From the human T2T-CHM13v2.0 reference genome, Homo sapiens, in NCBI RefSeq assembly GCF_009914755.1, contig NC_060926.1: a stretch of DNA of 64,000 bases. The stretch is one strand, 5' to 3'. Below the pieces are notes generated by a model. It was not told the DNA's origin and did not search any database. It saw nothing but the letters and a program-made list of their open reading frames with translations. Made by a program: the position numbers and the translations under genes. Of this stretch, positions 1 through 14,264 are shown piece after piece. Each line of letters begins with the position of its first letter. Position 1 is the stretch's first letter.

Positions 1-809
1 AATGATGCAGTGAACTCTTCCTCTCACCTCCCCATCCCAGCTTTCAAGATGTGGGTTTATCTGTGTGCTTGGTTTTTGTTTGGGGACATTCAGAGGATAA
101 GATTTGGAGTAGGGTAACCTTCCAATTTGATTATTCTGTGATTCTGGTCCCTGAACTGATACAGAGTGATTTCCAGGATTTATTATTAAGTGCAAAAAGC
201 AAAATGAAAAGAGAAGTAATAGTATTTGATTATTTGTGTAAGAAAGAAGAGAAAATGAGAAAAATGTATCTATCTATATATGTATGAAAAAGGAAAACAA
301 ACACAGAAAGGGTAAACCAGAAAATGATGAAAATAATTATTTATAGGGGAGAGGTAAGAGCTGGGGGAATGATAGAGATGGGAATGAGACTTCTTTTGAG
401 TATGCTAACTTTTGAACCATTTAAAGTTTTAAATATTCAGTAATATAATCTAAAAGGTGGTAAAAGCAAAATTTCTAAAATTGAAATCAAGCAAAAACAA
501 ATGGGCCTAATGTTTTTCAAATGTATAGCATCAGCACCTACAGAAAAAAGAATTCAAGTAACTTTTAAGCACTCGAACTATATACCCATAGTGAGTATAT
601 TCTAAGGATAAACCACCAAAGAAATCAAACTTAATAGGTTTGTTGTTGTGAGTGGTGTTGGCATTGTAATTCTGAAACAGTTTTGAATATCAAGGCCATT
701 GGGAACTGGAAAAAGAAAGATATAAATATGGAATGGGGGAGATAAGAACTTTATGGTATTAGATTTCAGTTGGGGATGTCAATATGAACTCATGATTTTT
801 AAACAGCAT

Positions 810-888
810 TTAGGTTGAACCACATGAAATTGCCAGTTTTTAGGCCACAAATAGTCAAATATTAACAATTTCATGTGATTCAACCCAA
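810..888. mobile_element. MADE2-like mariner-derived MITE
   Basis: 23-bp terminal inverted repeats ttaggttgaaccacatgaaattg / caatttcatgtgattcaacccaa (2 mismatches), ~80 bp total. Confidence 0.8.
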
Positions 889-1277
889 CATTTTCTAACT
901 CTGCTAGCTGAAAGGGCCTGGAGGCAATGAGCATATCTTATGCCCCATCCTGGTTTCTAAATGCCATTCCCACCAGAAGGAATTTGGGCTCCTTAGGGAA
1001 GTCGGTAATTATAAACCTGGGGCAGGGATTGTACAGCTTGTGAGACTTGCCACAGGGATATAGAGGCTCACTTGAAAGGGCTCCCACCAGCCTAATTTGG
1101 GAAAATTTATGTATCAAAAAGAATAGTAGTGGTAGTCGTGGTAATGGATTATAACACAGTGAATTTTTTTAAAAAATCAATGAATTTGTAATGACACTAA
1201 AAAAAAAAATTGGGGGCAGGAAAAAACTTCTTTTAATAGAAGATAGCCAGCAAATGTAGGAGATATTATAGGATTAG

Positions 1278-1667
<390 letters not shown>

Positions 1668-2701
1668 TGAGAGCAGGATATTCACATGATCTCTAAGTCT
1701 CATTCTGTAGGTTTCTTATTATTTACAAAGGGTAAAAGGTAGCCTTAACATACACAGTTCTAGCTATTAGCACCTTAACCAAGTAATCCAACCTGGCAGC
1801 CTAACATTTTGTGCCTTCTGAAGGTATGCACATCATCACCTGTGAAAATTTGAGGCCAGAATGTTCACCATGAATCTAGTCAAGCCTTTTTACCCAACTT
1901 TCCATTTATAGGAAATACAGAGGAGATGAATTTTGTCACATTTGATTTATTTCTGTCTATCCCTTTCTTCCTCCTTCTGTGAGGAAACAATCTAATAAAT
2001 CCAGAACATAAGACGCTTTACAAGACAACTGACCTGGACTCTTCAGAATAAAAAAGCAACGTTATATTTGAAAAACAAAAGATAGTTGAGCAAGAAACAG
2101 GCTAAAGAGACATAACTACCAAATACATTGTGGAAACTTTGATTAGATCCTGGATCAGGAGGAAAACTAAAAGCAAAAGAGACTTTTTAGGAACAGTCAA
2201 AGACATTTAAACGTGGTCTATGAATTGGGTGATATGAAAGTATTAATCTTGACTGTGGTGTTAGTGTTGTGGTTCTATGGAAGAATGCCCTTAGTTTTGG
2301 ACAATGCATGTTAAAGTATGGAGAGGGAAAGTATCACCATCTCTGTGACATACTTCTTGGTAATTCAGATGTCAAAAATAAACACACAAAACAACCAGCT
2401 AGACACAGGAAGGGAGGGATGGAAGGAGGAAAAAAGATAAAGCCAATATGGAAAAATGTTGAAATTTGATGAATCTTGATGAAGGGTATATGGATGTTCA
2501 TTTTACTATTCTTTCAACTTTCCTGAAAGTTTAACATTCTTCAAATGAAAATTAAGGGGAAGAAAATGAATTTGAACATATTTTCTGGGTTTAAACCATG
2601 GCTTTCCTGGCCCATCCCTTGATCTCTGGCTCCCACAGTCCCAGACCCGTCCTGTCCTTTGTCCTCTGCTTCAGGATGTTGTTTTTTTAAAGTATAAAAA
2701 G

Positions 2702-3018
<317 letters not shown>

Positions 3019-5821
3019 TCATTGAACCGGTGAGTAGAACCAATGAGTAAAGGGATGTAACATGGCAGAACATTTCAGTTTGTTTGGATTAAGTTTCATC
3101 ACTATCCTTTAAAAAATAACAGAACTTAATAAACACATTCACTTGGTGTAGAATTCTGCTAACGCTTGAGTTGACCTTTCTGAGGACCCGAGGTTAGAAA
3201 CACCTGCTCCAGTGAAAAGGGCCTGCCCACAGTACTGCATCATTTCTTTCTGCTGGCCATATGGCCTCATTAAGTGTCACTTTACCACTGAGTGTGGTGA
3301 GGCTGGGGAAGTGGAGGCAAATGGACCAAGGTCACTTTCTGCTCTAAATAGACCATAGACTTTTCCTGTTGTGAAAAATTTGTGTTTTGTGTCTGCTTCT
3401 TAGCATCTTTTGTGTGAGTAGAAGTGCGTGAAACAGTATTATGATATTGGCAACTACCGTCGAAAAAAAGAAAAGGCGCAGCCCCACTGAGCAAGGGGAC
3501 AGACCTAGGTTTGAATGATGATCCCAGCTCTGTGAAATGGAGGCTTAGATGAATTCAGCATCTGATTGTACTGGAATGTCACAGCACCCATCTGGCTGGG
3601 CTCTCTGCAATGGTACAATTGGGAACACATCCCTGTGGGTGAATGATCCAGCTCTTCAGTTGTTTTTCCTTCTACAGTTTACATAAAATTTGCTGATTTC
3701 TATATAAACTGTGATGCCATCTAATCTAAGAAAGTGTTGGACTGAAAGTTTTATTCTTTATCCACTTAAGGTTATTTCTTAATTTTTTTTCCATTCCTTT
3801 TCACCCATTCTTCATCATTGACCCAGATCCTCCTCCCCAGAATTGCTTGCTAGCACGGAGACAGACCCAGAGTCACGGACAGAGGAGGGCCTCTATAAAT
3901 TTTGCTAATCTGGAAGTGGTCCCTGAACCACAGTTTGTAAAACACTGTTTTATGAGAAAAGAAGATGGGATGAAGACAGAAAAGGACACCCTTGGAAACA
4001 ATAACACTGTGGTGTGACCACAGGATTGAATGCCAGGAAGTCATGAGTTCTAATCCTAAATGTATTTCCCAAGACACAGTGGCAAAATTGAGTGGAAAAG
4101 TGCTCCACAAGAGCCCTTTGGTCGTTTTTTCATTCATCTGTCCATCAGCTATTCATTACATATGTGCCTTCAATGTGCTGGAAGGGATATAAAGACAGTC
4201 CAATCTCATTACCAGACCTGATACTGGCTCCCAGCCTGTCACAGCGATAAGACATGTCCATAAGTGGCCACCAACATGCCAGAGACAGTGGCTGTTGCCA
4301 TCAGAGAGAGGCAGGTTGCAGGCATGGGTAGGGCGCATGGGGGAGAGATAGCTTCTATTCTTTGGGGCTGTGAGGGTTTACTGGAAAAAAGCTGGCATTG
4401 CAGGCAGGCCTTTAACTGCAAGGTAGGTCTTAGACATTGGAGATTGGTAGAGTTAAGTAGCCCACTATAGGAACAGCACAAACAACATTTCAGAAAGCAG
4501 AGGGTGTAGAGAAGAATTTAGCACACGAGGGACATAGCGGGAGCATGCAGTCTAACTGGAAAAGTACAGGTTGGGGCTGGGTCATGAAGGGCTTTAAATC
4601 CTAAGCTGACTTTGTATTTTTCTCGGTAAGGAGTTGATGAAGGTTTTTGACCAATGCATGCTTTAAGATGCTTAATCTGGCAGCATCTGCGACCTTGGGG
4701 AGAACAGTTTCTGTGATGTGGTAGGGGCCATGACCAAAATCCAGTGAGGTGAATAATGACAAAGTGGTGAGTAAATGTTGCTGTGGCGACTAGACAGCTT
4801 CTTCCAGCTTAAAGGAGGTAGAGATGTTAATACCTTGAGGAGGCTGAGGGTGCAGGGTCAGAGGAAGAGTGTAAGTGACAAAGGAACAGAAATTATTTCT
4901 AAGCTTTTGTTATTTCCTAGGGTTCTTGGCGAGGTTTTAAGGGATTATAGAAGACTTACTCTTCATGTGTTCATTCCCAGACCAATGGCTTTGGGTAAAA
5001 CACAATCTTAGAAGTTTTCTGTCTCTTTAAAAAGTTCTTCTAAGCCCTTCAGTCACGTGCCTTCAGAAATTTTGGTTACATAACATTGCTCTGAATTGGA
5101 ATTCTGCAGCCTCATGAACTGGAGTCTCATTCTTTCCCTCCCCCACCTGGCACTGTATTTTCTGCGGGTCAGGGTTAACTTCTTTCTAACCATTGTTGTG
5201 GAACTCTTTAAATATTTGGTCTCACAGGTTCTAAAAGCTGGCAGGCCAGGCTGCTCCCTGCAGGTTGTGAGACCAAAGCCTTCCAGAAAAGGAGCCAGTA
5301 AAATCCCAAGCATGTTAACTGAGTGTAACAGCTGCACAGTGCACCGCCTCCATCACCCTCAACCCCACCGCACGGGGCTGGGCTCCCAAGTGCTGAGGCC
5401 AGCAGCTCCTAGCCACTGCGGCTTGCAAGCAGAAGGAGCCCTCATGCAGCACATCGTGGCAGGCTCGTAATTGCGGTGATGACAACAGATTAAATCACTG
5501 GCTCTCAGCACTGAGGACTGGGGTTTGTCAGGGTCACTCACCGTTCCTTTGCTTCTCCCAATTTTCCATAGTGAGAGAGGAAGCTTGGAGTCTGCTGCTA
5601 CAGTAGAAATACTTTCTGAGAGCCCTCTGAGTTTTGCTGTCAAGAGGTTCGTTCTCTTAGTAGTCTAGGCTGCATCTTTCTGTCTTCCAGCATCCCCTCA
5701 ACACATGATTCTGGAATGTTGTAATCTCTCAATATACATATGTATTTAGTTATACCTTGCTTTTATCCAAAAATATTTGAAGGCAGTTTACATATATATA
5801 TATATATATAAAATGCAGTGA

Positions 5822-6172
5822 ATTTTTTGTTGTTGTTTGTTTTTTGAGACAGGGTCTTGCTCTATCACCCAGGCTAGAGTGCAGTGTCGTGATCTCAGCT
5901 TATTGCAACTTCTGCCTCCCAGACTCAAGCGATTCTCCCACTTCTACTACTAACTGGAAGTAATAGTAGACTACTCCTACTTCTCAGGAGTAGTCTCCTG
6001 AGTAGCTGGGACTACATGCTCATGCCACCACAATGGCTAATTTTTGTATTTGTTGTAGAAACAGGGTTTCACCATGTTGCCCAGGCTGGTCTTGAACTCC
6101 TGGACTCAAGCAGTCTGCCCACCGCGGCCTCCCAAAGTGCTGGAATTACAGCCATGAGCCACCGTGCCCAGC
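5822..6172 (-). mobile_element. Alu (AluJ-like) with ~50-bp internal non-Alu insertion
   Basis: Reverse Alu consensus interrupted at ~5941-5994. Confidence 0.93.
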
Positions 6173-6910
6173 AAGTGTTTTTTTAAAAATTAGGAAATGA
6201 GGTAAAAGGAACACGTGAGTAGGAAAATTAGGCACAGCCAGGATAAGGGTTAGTTCACAAAGTGCAAACTATAAATAAAATCTCCTAGAGGCAAGTTAGG
6301 AAGGTTTTCTGAGTTTCCTAGCAGCCAAAGCAAAAAGGAAAACTTTTTAAAGTTTATTTATTTTATTTTGTACAGCAGACAGTTCATATAGCATAAAAAG
6401 GGAAGCCATCAAGGATAAAATTTGTGTGTCTGTAAGATACAGATTGTCACAAGTAGAGTGTTTCCTTATACTGCATCAACTTCCCCCATAAGTGTACTCT
6501 ATAAAAGGATACTACATGGTCAAATGGGCCCTTGTTCTCCCTGCTTCCCTACAGTGATAGCATAGTCATTTGGTTGACTTCTTGCAGTGTCCCTTGGGGT
6601 AGGCTTGGTGGCAAAGCCCCAAGTAGGACAAGGGCACCATGGGAGGCCTGTGCAGGGCATTTCAGTGCAGTTCTTCGCATCTCCAAAGGTGCTCCCTTGA
6701 GGAATCTTGGTTCTGGGAGATGCTGTCCCACAAAGAAGTGCCAGGAGCAAATGAGTTGGTCAAGAACTGTTGATACCGGCATATTAAAGGCTCCTCGAAG
6801 TCCTACAGTTAAGAAATCAGCCCAGTATTTCCCAAACTGATTTAATCATAAGATCTTTTTTAAAAAAATTAAAACACTTAATTGGCACATTCAGAAACGT
6901 TGATCTAAAA

Positions 6911-7220
6911 CAGGGGTCAGCAAACTTCCTGTGAAGGGTCACATAGGAAATATTTCAGGCACAATTAAAACAGCTGTCTGTCACAACTGGTCAACACTGC
7001 CATTGTATAGAAAAAGTGTGGCTGTGTACAATAAAGCTTTATTTGTGCGTAGTGCAATTTGAATTTCCACAATCATTTTTGTGTCACAAAATAGTATTCT
7101 TCTTTTGATTTTTTATTTTTTAGTCATTTAAACATGCAAAAACTGTTCTCATCTTGCAGGTCACTCACAAACAAGTGGCAGGCCAGATTTGACCAGTGTA
7201 GTATGGTTTGCCAATTCCTG
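6911..7220. mobile_element. MER58-family hAT-Charlie non-autonomous DNA transposon (MER58B-like)
   Basis: Termini caggggtcagcaaac ... gtttgccaattcctg (degenerate TIRs), ~310 bp. Confidence 0.75.
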
Positions 7221-8619
7221 ATCAGGAATAATGTTTGGATGGCTTATCTTTCCAGCAAGCAAGCCTTCCTGAGTACTGTTTGTCAGGTTCCATTTTAATT
7301 TAGACTTTTATGTTTCTGGTTTAAGAGCAGATTTTTAAAAAGTGTTAAAGGTAATAGAGAGTTGGTTTGAGTCCTTACAGGCTAGTCTAGGATTTTTCTT
7401 AGAAAGCAGTTGTGGGGGCTCCCAAAGAAGACATTTACAAACTAACAAAGTCTTACACGGTCACATATGGTGGGATCAACTTCAGGCTGGAAATGTCTAA
7501 ATGGGAATTATCATTCATGCACTGGATCCATAGAAATGAAAGTCTCAAAGCAACCAGAGACGTTTAATTTTAAGAAATTAAAACTTCCTAGTCAACCCTC
7601 CAAGTAACCTAGTAAACGATGGCTTCCCACCTCCAACCAAGCTAATGGAGTTCTTTTTGATTTTGACTAGGGGAACATTTTTTTGGCTTTTTATGATGTC
7701 ATTATGATAAAAGAAGAAGACCCAAACATTCCTACTACCATGTCTGACTTTTTAGTTTCAGTTATACCAGTATTTTTTATTGAGTACTCAGTGTATATAA
7801 AACATTTGGTTAGATTTTATGGGAGATATCAAAAGGAGAAAGAAGTGGACACTTCCTTCTTTACCTTGTGAGCCAAGTTCAAGATCCTCATCAATTACAG
7901 CCCATTGCTGTGGTGCCAGGTCTGATTTCACCTCCTGGGCACTTCCTATTACCATCAATCTGTTCATTCAACAAACATGTCTGAGGTGCAGCCTCTGTTC
8001 AAGGCTCTGGGAACACAGCCCTCGGAGCACGCATTCCAGGAGATCAGTGTTTCTCTTCTCCTCTGGCACTCTTGCTTACAACCTCTTTTATATAGTGGAA
8101 CCAAAATTACTTCTGTATATCTTGAGGCTTCAACCTTCATGTTGCCTACACTGTGTGTGACTCTCCTCGAAATATTTAGAGGGAGAGTGGGTCTCCTGAT
8201 TAATCACCCTTTCTGGGATCTGCACTCTAAATGCTCTCGTTCCCTCCACCTGAATGGCACCTACCTTTCCCTGCCCTATTTTCTTAGTGTCCAGTAGGGA
8301 CACAGTTTTTACCAGATCCATAATCTTAAAGCCATTAACTATATTAAGCCAAATGCATCTTGTAACAAATGTTACAAGATAGCTAAATATATGTACAAAC
8401 AATATATTTACAAACAAACAATAATACATATCTGATCAATTGTTTTTTGATTAAGGAAGATTCTCTATAGTTTTGATTTTTTCCATTTACAAAAGTAATA
8501 TTCAATTGCAGTGAAAAATTTTAAAAATATGAAAAAGTACACATTAAAGGGAAAAAAATTAATCCATAAATCTAGCACCCGTCGATCAACCCTATGAATA
8601 TTTAACATATATGTTTTAC

Positions 8620-9305
<686 letters not shown>

Positions 9306-9317
9306 GATTACTTTTTG

Positions 9318-9561
9318 GGTTGGGCATCGTAGCTCACACCTGTAATCCCAGCACTTTGGGAGGCCAAGTTGAGAGGATCCCTTGAAGCCAGGAGTTTGAG
9401 ATCAGCCTGGGGAACAGAGTGAGATCCTGTTTCTACAAAAAGTTTTAAAACTACTCCAGTGTGGTGGCATGCACCTATACTGTCAGCTGCTTGGGAGTCT
9501 GAGGTGGGAGGATTATTTGAGCTCAAGAGGTTGAGGCTGCAGTGAGCCATACAAAAAAAAA
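9318..9561 (+). mobile_element. Alu (AluJ-like) missing ~45 nt before the tail
   Basis: Alu consensus to gcagtgagccata (9551), then directly caaaaaaaaa. Confidence 0.9.
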
Positions 9562-9847
9562 GGTTATTATTATTTTTTAAACATTTGACATTTCTGAAAT
9601 TCTGAAGTATCTTAAAATTAATGTATATATTTAATGTGGTGGGGTTTTTATTTCTCCAAAAGCTATTACAGAATTGATGGCGCATCTTATAATTAATACT
9701 CTCTTAGGATGGAAGTATTGTGGTTAGGATTAGAGAGGGCTGTTGGGAGTTACTAGGAGTAGGGTAAGTGGACAGTTAAGAGTCGGATAGAGAAAGGTCC
9801 CAAGAGCTTGTGGCAGGCCAGCATTAGAGCAGCTTGGCAGCCTCTGA

Positions 9848-9907
9848 AGACAGGGTCTCGCTCTATTGTCCAGGCTGGAGTGCAGTGGCCCAATTATAGC
9901 TCACTGC
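9848..9907 (-). mobile_element. 60-bp Alu 3'-end fragment without tail
   Basis: agacagggtctcgctctattgtccaggctggagtgcagtggcccaattatagctcactgc is the reverse of an Alu right-arm end. Confidence 0.88.
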
Positions 9908-10897
9908 TGCCAAGGAGGTTTTGAACAGAGGAGCAACACCAGGGAAGAAGTCTTTAAGAACAAAGCCTGTCTTACCATGGTTAGTACAAGTATGGGCAAC
10001 ATCATCAGTGTTGATGAATGAGGAAAAGACAGAGAAATGGTGGCAGTGCACTGCTAGTACTGGATGAAGTGGAGGAAGAACCTAGGAAGCAGTGAGCACC
10101 GACTAGAGTGTGGCATGGGGGCAGAAGGGCAGTTGCTGCAGAATACCCCAATCTCCAGGCAGTCCTCGGGCAGGAAAGGCTGGAGGTATGGAGAGCCAAG
10201 GACAGCTGCTGCCAAGATCTTTAGGTGTTTACATGGTGGGAATGGGTGGATTGAGTCAGGCATGCTATATGGGAAACTGTAAAACAGAATGAGAATGTCT
10301 GGGAGTTTCACAGGGTAAGAGTGTGATGTTCGTAAGGATATTGTGCAAAGATAAATGGGCACATGGTGTACTTGGTATGAGCTTGGTTGAAATATATAAT
10401 TATTCTGTGGAAACAAACTGTGATTTGTGCTGTTTCCAGGTAGACTTCTATTATGGTTAACTCTACGGCCCAAAGTTTTTTTGCGAAGCTTATTGTTGGG
10501 TCCCATCCCCCTGTATCACAAGTCACTGGAGAAGGATATTTTACCAAAGTGTAAATTGAAGAGTAATTTACCAAAGTAACTTGCCCCTCTTGTTGGCCAA
10601 CTCTTCTTGAGAAGCCTCGTTCATGGAAGCAGCCTGATTTTCACCCACTCACATCTCTTCTGGCTTGGGGTGAAGGAGAAGTAGGTGCCAGTTCACACAG
10701 AGGAAGAGAAAGTCACTCACCCATTTGTCTCTTCTCAGTCTCACATTTAACTAAAGATCTCATTCTCGTAGAAGTTATTTTTCACTTTCCCTAACAGAGC
10801 ACATATGCAAAATTCACTGTTCTTTAAAGCTGTACTATGGTGGGGTAAAGTTGCTATTATTTGTGGCATTGCTAATTGTTTCTTCACTCTTTCCTAG

Positions 10898-10977
10898 AAA
10901 AGACTGTATCTTCACCATTGACCCATCAACCGCCCGAGACCTCGATGATGCCCTCTCCTGCAAGCCACTCGCTGACG
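10898..10977 (+). CDS. DIS3L2: DIS3L2 coding exon (probably exon 10, 80 bp), RNB catalytic motif: (R)[26 protein letters not shown](G)
   Basis: Pyrimidine tract and AG at 10896-10897, GT donor at 10978. Translation contains the RNase II DPxxxxDxDD metal-binding motif and matches my recollection of human DIS3L2, including catalytic D391. Phase 2 in, phase 1 out, joins the next exon in frame. Confidence 0.97.
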
Positions 10978-11630
10978 GTAGGATGGAAATTTCTATAGCA
11001 TCTTGGGTAGCAGGCAGTCTGCATGCCTGTGTGGTTAGCCTGGCTGCCCTGTGCTGCCTAGGCAGCATACTGTGCAAGGCTAGGTTTGCTTCGTGCCTGA
11101 ACTTGCCATAGGCCTCTGAGCCTTTACAACTATGTGACCTTAAGATTGTGTTCCTGTGGTGACATTGGTGAGGGTGAGAATGAGAAATGTCCTCCCACTA
11201 GACTCTTCTTGGGCTTCAGAAGGGGCAACAGTGAGTGCTAAAGAATGAATTCCAAGCCTTGGCCCTTCAGATGGTTCCAGTGTTGGTGTAAGGTATCACA
11301 GAAAGAAAGCTTGTAAGGGCTCTGCTTGGGAGAGACATAGGGTTCTTTACCTGAATTTAACACCAAATAACGTGATTGAAGGGGTACTCTTCAAAGGCAT
11401 GCTTCTCGGTGGGTAGCAGGAACACCTTCCCTGAGAACTGCCTCTCTAGGGCTGAGCTGGAGAAGCTTGGGCTACTCCCAGTAGGTTTTCATCTATCCAG
11501 CAAGTTGAGAAAGGCAAACTGATAAGGGCTCTTTAAACATTCTTTTGGGATGTTACTGAGCAGGTAAAAGTGGGATTGAGGCTAGTTGTCTTTGGAAATT
11601 ATAGTTGGAGGAAGGGAATGCAGCAATTGA

Positions 11631-12033
<403 letters not shown>

Positions 12034-12418
12034 TAATGCCCCAGATGTGCTGCTTCTAGTTTTTACCTACTTCTTGCCCCTCTCTAGGGTGGCTTCTGGG
12101 TGACTGCTTTGGCTTTGGTCATCCTCAGAGATGGCCTTGGCACTAACATGGCCTTTGACATTTGCCCAATGTGGACATCCACCCTTGCAGTTTCAGTCTG
12201 CCACCAAGCGTTGATGGCCTAGTGGCCTAGTGTTTTAAAACATTGCAAAGATGTTCATATTTCCCACTGACACAGAACGCCATAGGTTCAGTATGTAATC
12301 TCTTCTCTACTATAATAGATGGGGAAGCTTAGTAGATAGAAGGCTGAGAGATAGAAGACATTGCCTAAGACTGGTTTTATCTTCCTTGAAACTATGGGCA
12401 AGATTGCTCAATATTTTC

Positions 12419-12595
12419 TTTTTAAAAATTAATTAATTAATCGATTTTTAGAGACAGAGTATCACTCTGTCACACAGGCTGGAATGCAGTGGCTCATTGC
12501 AGCCTTGAACTCCCAAGCTCAAGCAGTCTTCCTGCCTGGGCCTCCCAAAGCACGAGCCACTATGGGATTACAAGCACGAGCCACTGTGCCGAGCC
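12419..12595 (-). mobile_element. Monomeric Alu (FAM/FRAM-like or internally recombined)
   Basis: Single arm. 12-bp TSD ctcaatattttc at 12407-12418 and 12595-12606. Confidence 0.85.
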
Positions 12596-14232
12596 TCAAT
12601 ATTTTCAACTAAAGAAAACTGAAAGAAACAAGAGAAAAGGTCCCCTGGAAATTTTAGAGAAATTATATCTTTTTAAAATCCAAAATTGAAGCAGCCTACT
12701 TCAAAAAGCAAGTACTGGCTTGATTTCTTACATTCTTAGCAATCTCTGTTGCATGCAGAGGCTTAGGCATACCTGCTCGGCATATAGACACCACTTCCCT
12801 GAGCCACAGTGTGGAAAGTGCCCCTAGGCTGAAAGCCAGGTGACCGTGGACCTCATTCCTCATATTTGCCTTACCTCTAGGTTCACACCTCTACTGTTTG
12901 TGTAATGCTTAGACACAATTGCTTCATTTGTTTTGTCCATTTTCATAGTTGATAATAGCAGACGGATACATCTACTACCTGTTCCTCTGTCTCAGCTGGC
13001 CTGGAACCCTGCACCTTGCAGGGTCTCCAGGGAGCAGGCACATGTCCTGCCGTACTCACTGCATACACTGTGGTTTTATGTCTAGGGCCCAAGTGTGTCA
13101 GCAGAGGTTTCATAAAGGAAGTGGTCAAAGATATGATAGGAAAGATAGATTGGGGACAAACTCGGGACAAATTTTCAGACCAAATAGTGTTTTTTGTTTG
13201 TTGGACAATGGAAAGGCAAGCAGATGTTGTTCAGCAAGAGAGCATTCAAAAAGAGGAAAATAATTTAGCATTGCAAGGAAAAGGAGAGAAACTAGAGGCT
13301 GGGGAATGAGTCAGAGAAATATTGCAATAGTTGTGGACCTGGACTAGATGGTAGCAAAATCAATAGGGGGGGTTGGAGTGGGAAGGACAGATGTGAGAAA
13401 GGGATAATGACAGAAGAATCTATGGAAATGAATGTTGGGGTTGAGGGAGAGGAGTCCAAGATGGTGCCAAGGTTTCAACCTGGATGACTGGGAGATGGAA
13501 CCCGTAAGTTAGAAATGGGAATCAGGAGTACAAGCTGGTTTGGGAGAGAGTATGTTGGCATGGAGTTGTCTGTCTGATGTTATTTATGTTAGTTGCTGCA
13601 AATTCTTTGTAGGGGAGCTGAGGTGTGTATAAACAAGCTAAATAGATGCAGTCCGTGGAACTATATACAAAGAGCCCGGGAGGAGAGGAAGCAATGCACC
13701 AAAATGCAGTGATTTCATTCGAATGATGGGATCATAAGTGATTTTTTTTCCTTTCTCTAGTTCCCAAATTTTTATAATGTGGCAATAATAGTTGTATAAT
13801 GAAAAAATTTTGTAATACAAAAATATTATGAGGTGCCAGAAATCACAGGCCGCTCAGTAGCCTACTGCACCAGGTGATCAGATACCTTCCATCCACTTAG
13901 TTTTTCTTGCATTCCTGAGGAGCAGTTTGGCAGAGCAGCAGGAAAAGGACATGGAAAAGGAGTCAGGGAAGACTCTGAAACGGCCTGAGTTGGTCAGGCA
14001 AACAGTTTTATGGTGGCACTTCTACAGTTGGCCTTTGTGACAACAGTTTCTGCCAGGGCCATTTATCCAAGGAGTTGAAAAGGGAAAGTCAATTCCAGTT
14101 TGGATTGGGGTGAGGTTGGCTAAGTTCAGGTTGAGGTAGTTACCAGTTCATGTCAATTCTTGCTTAGGGGGAAAAATGTTCAATGCTTCAAAAAACAAAT
14201 AGTGTTTTCTCGGTCTATTTATATCATCTGTA

Positions 14233-14233
<1 letters not shown>

Positions 14234-14261
<28 letters not shown>
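14234..14261 (+). repeat. Poly-T run (28 nt)
   Basis: Direct read. Confidence 0.95.

Positions 14262-14264
<3 letters not shown>

Noticed and set aside
10851-11111. 86-aa ORF with a hydrophobic signal-peptide-like N-terminus around exon 10
   Set aside because: The leader is the translated polypyrimidine tract (TTG start). Only 10898-10977 is coding.
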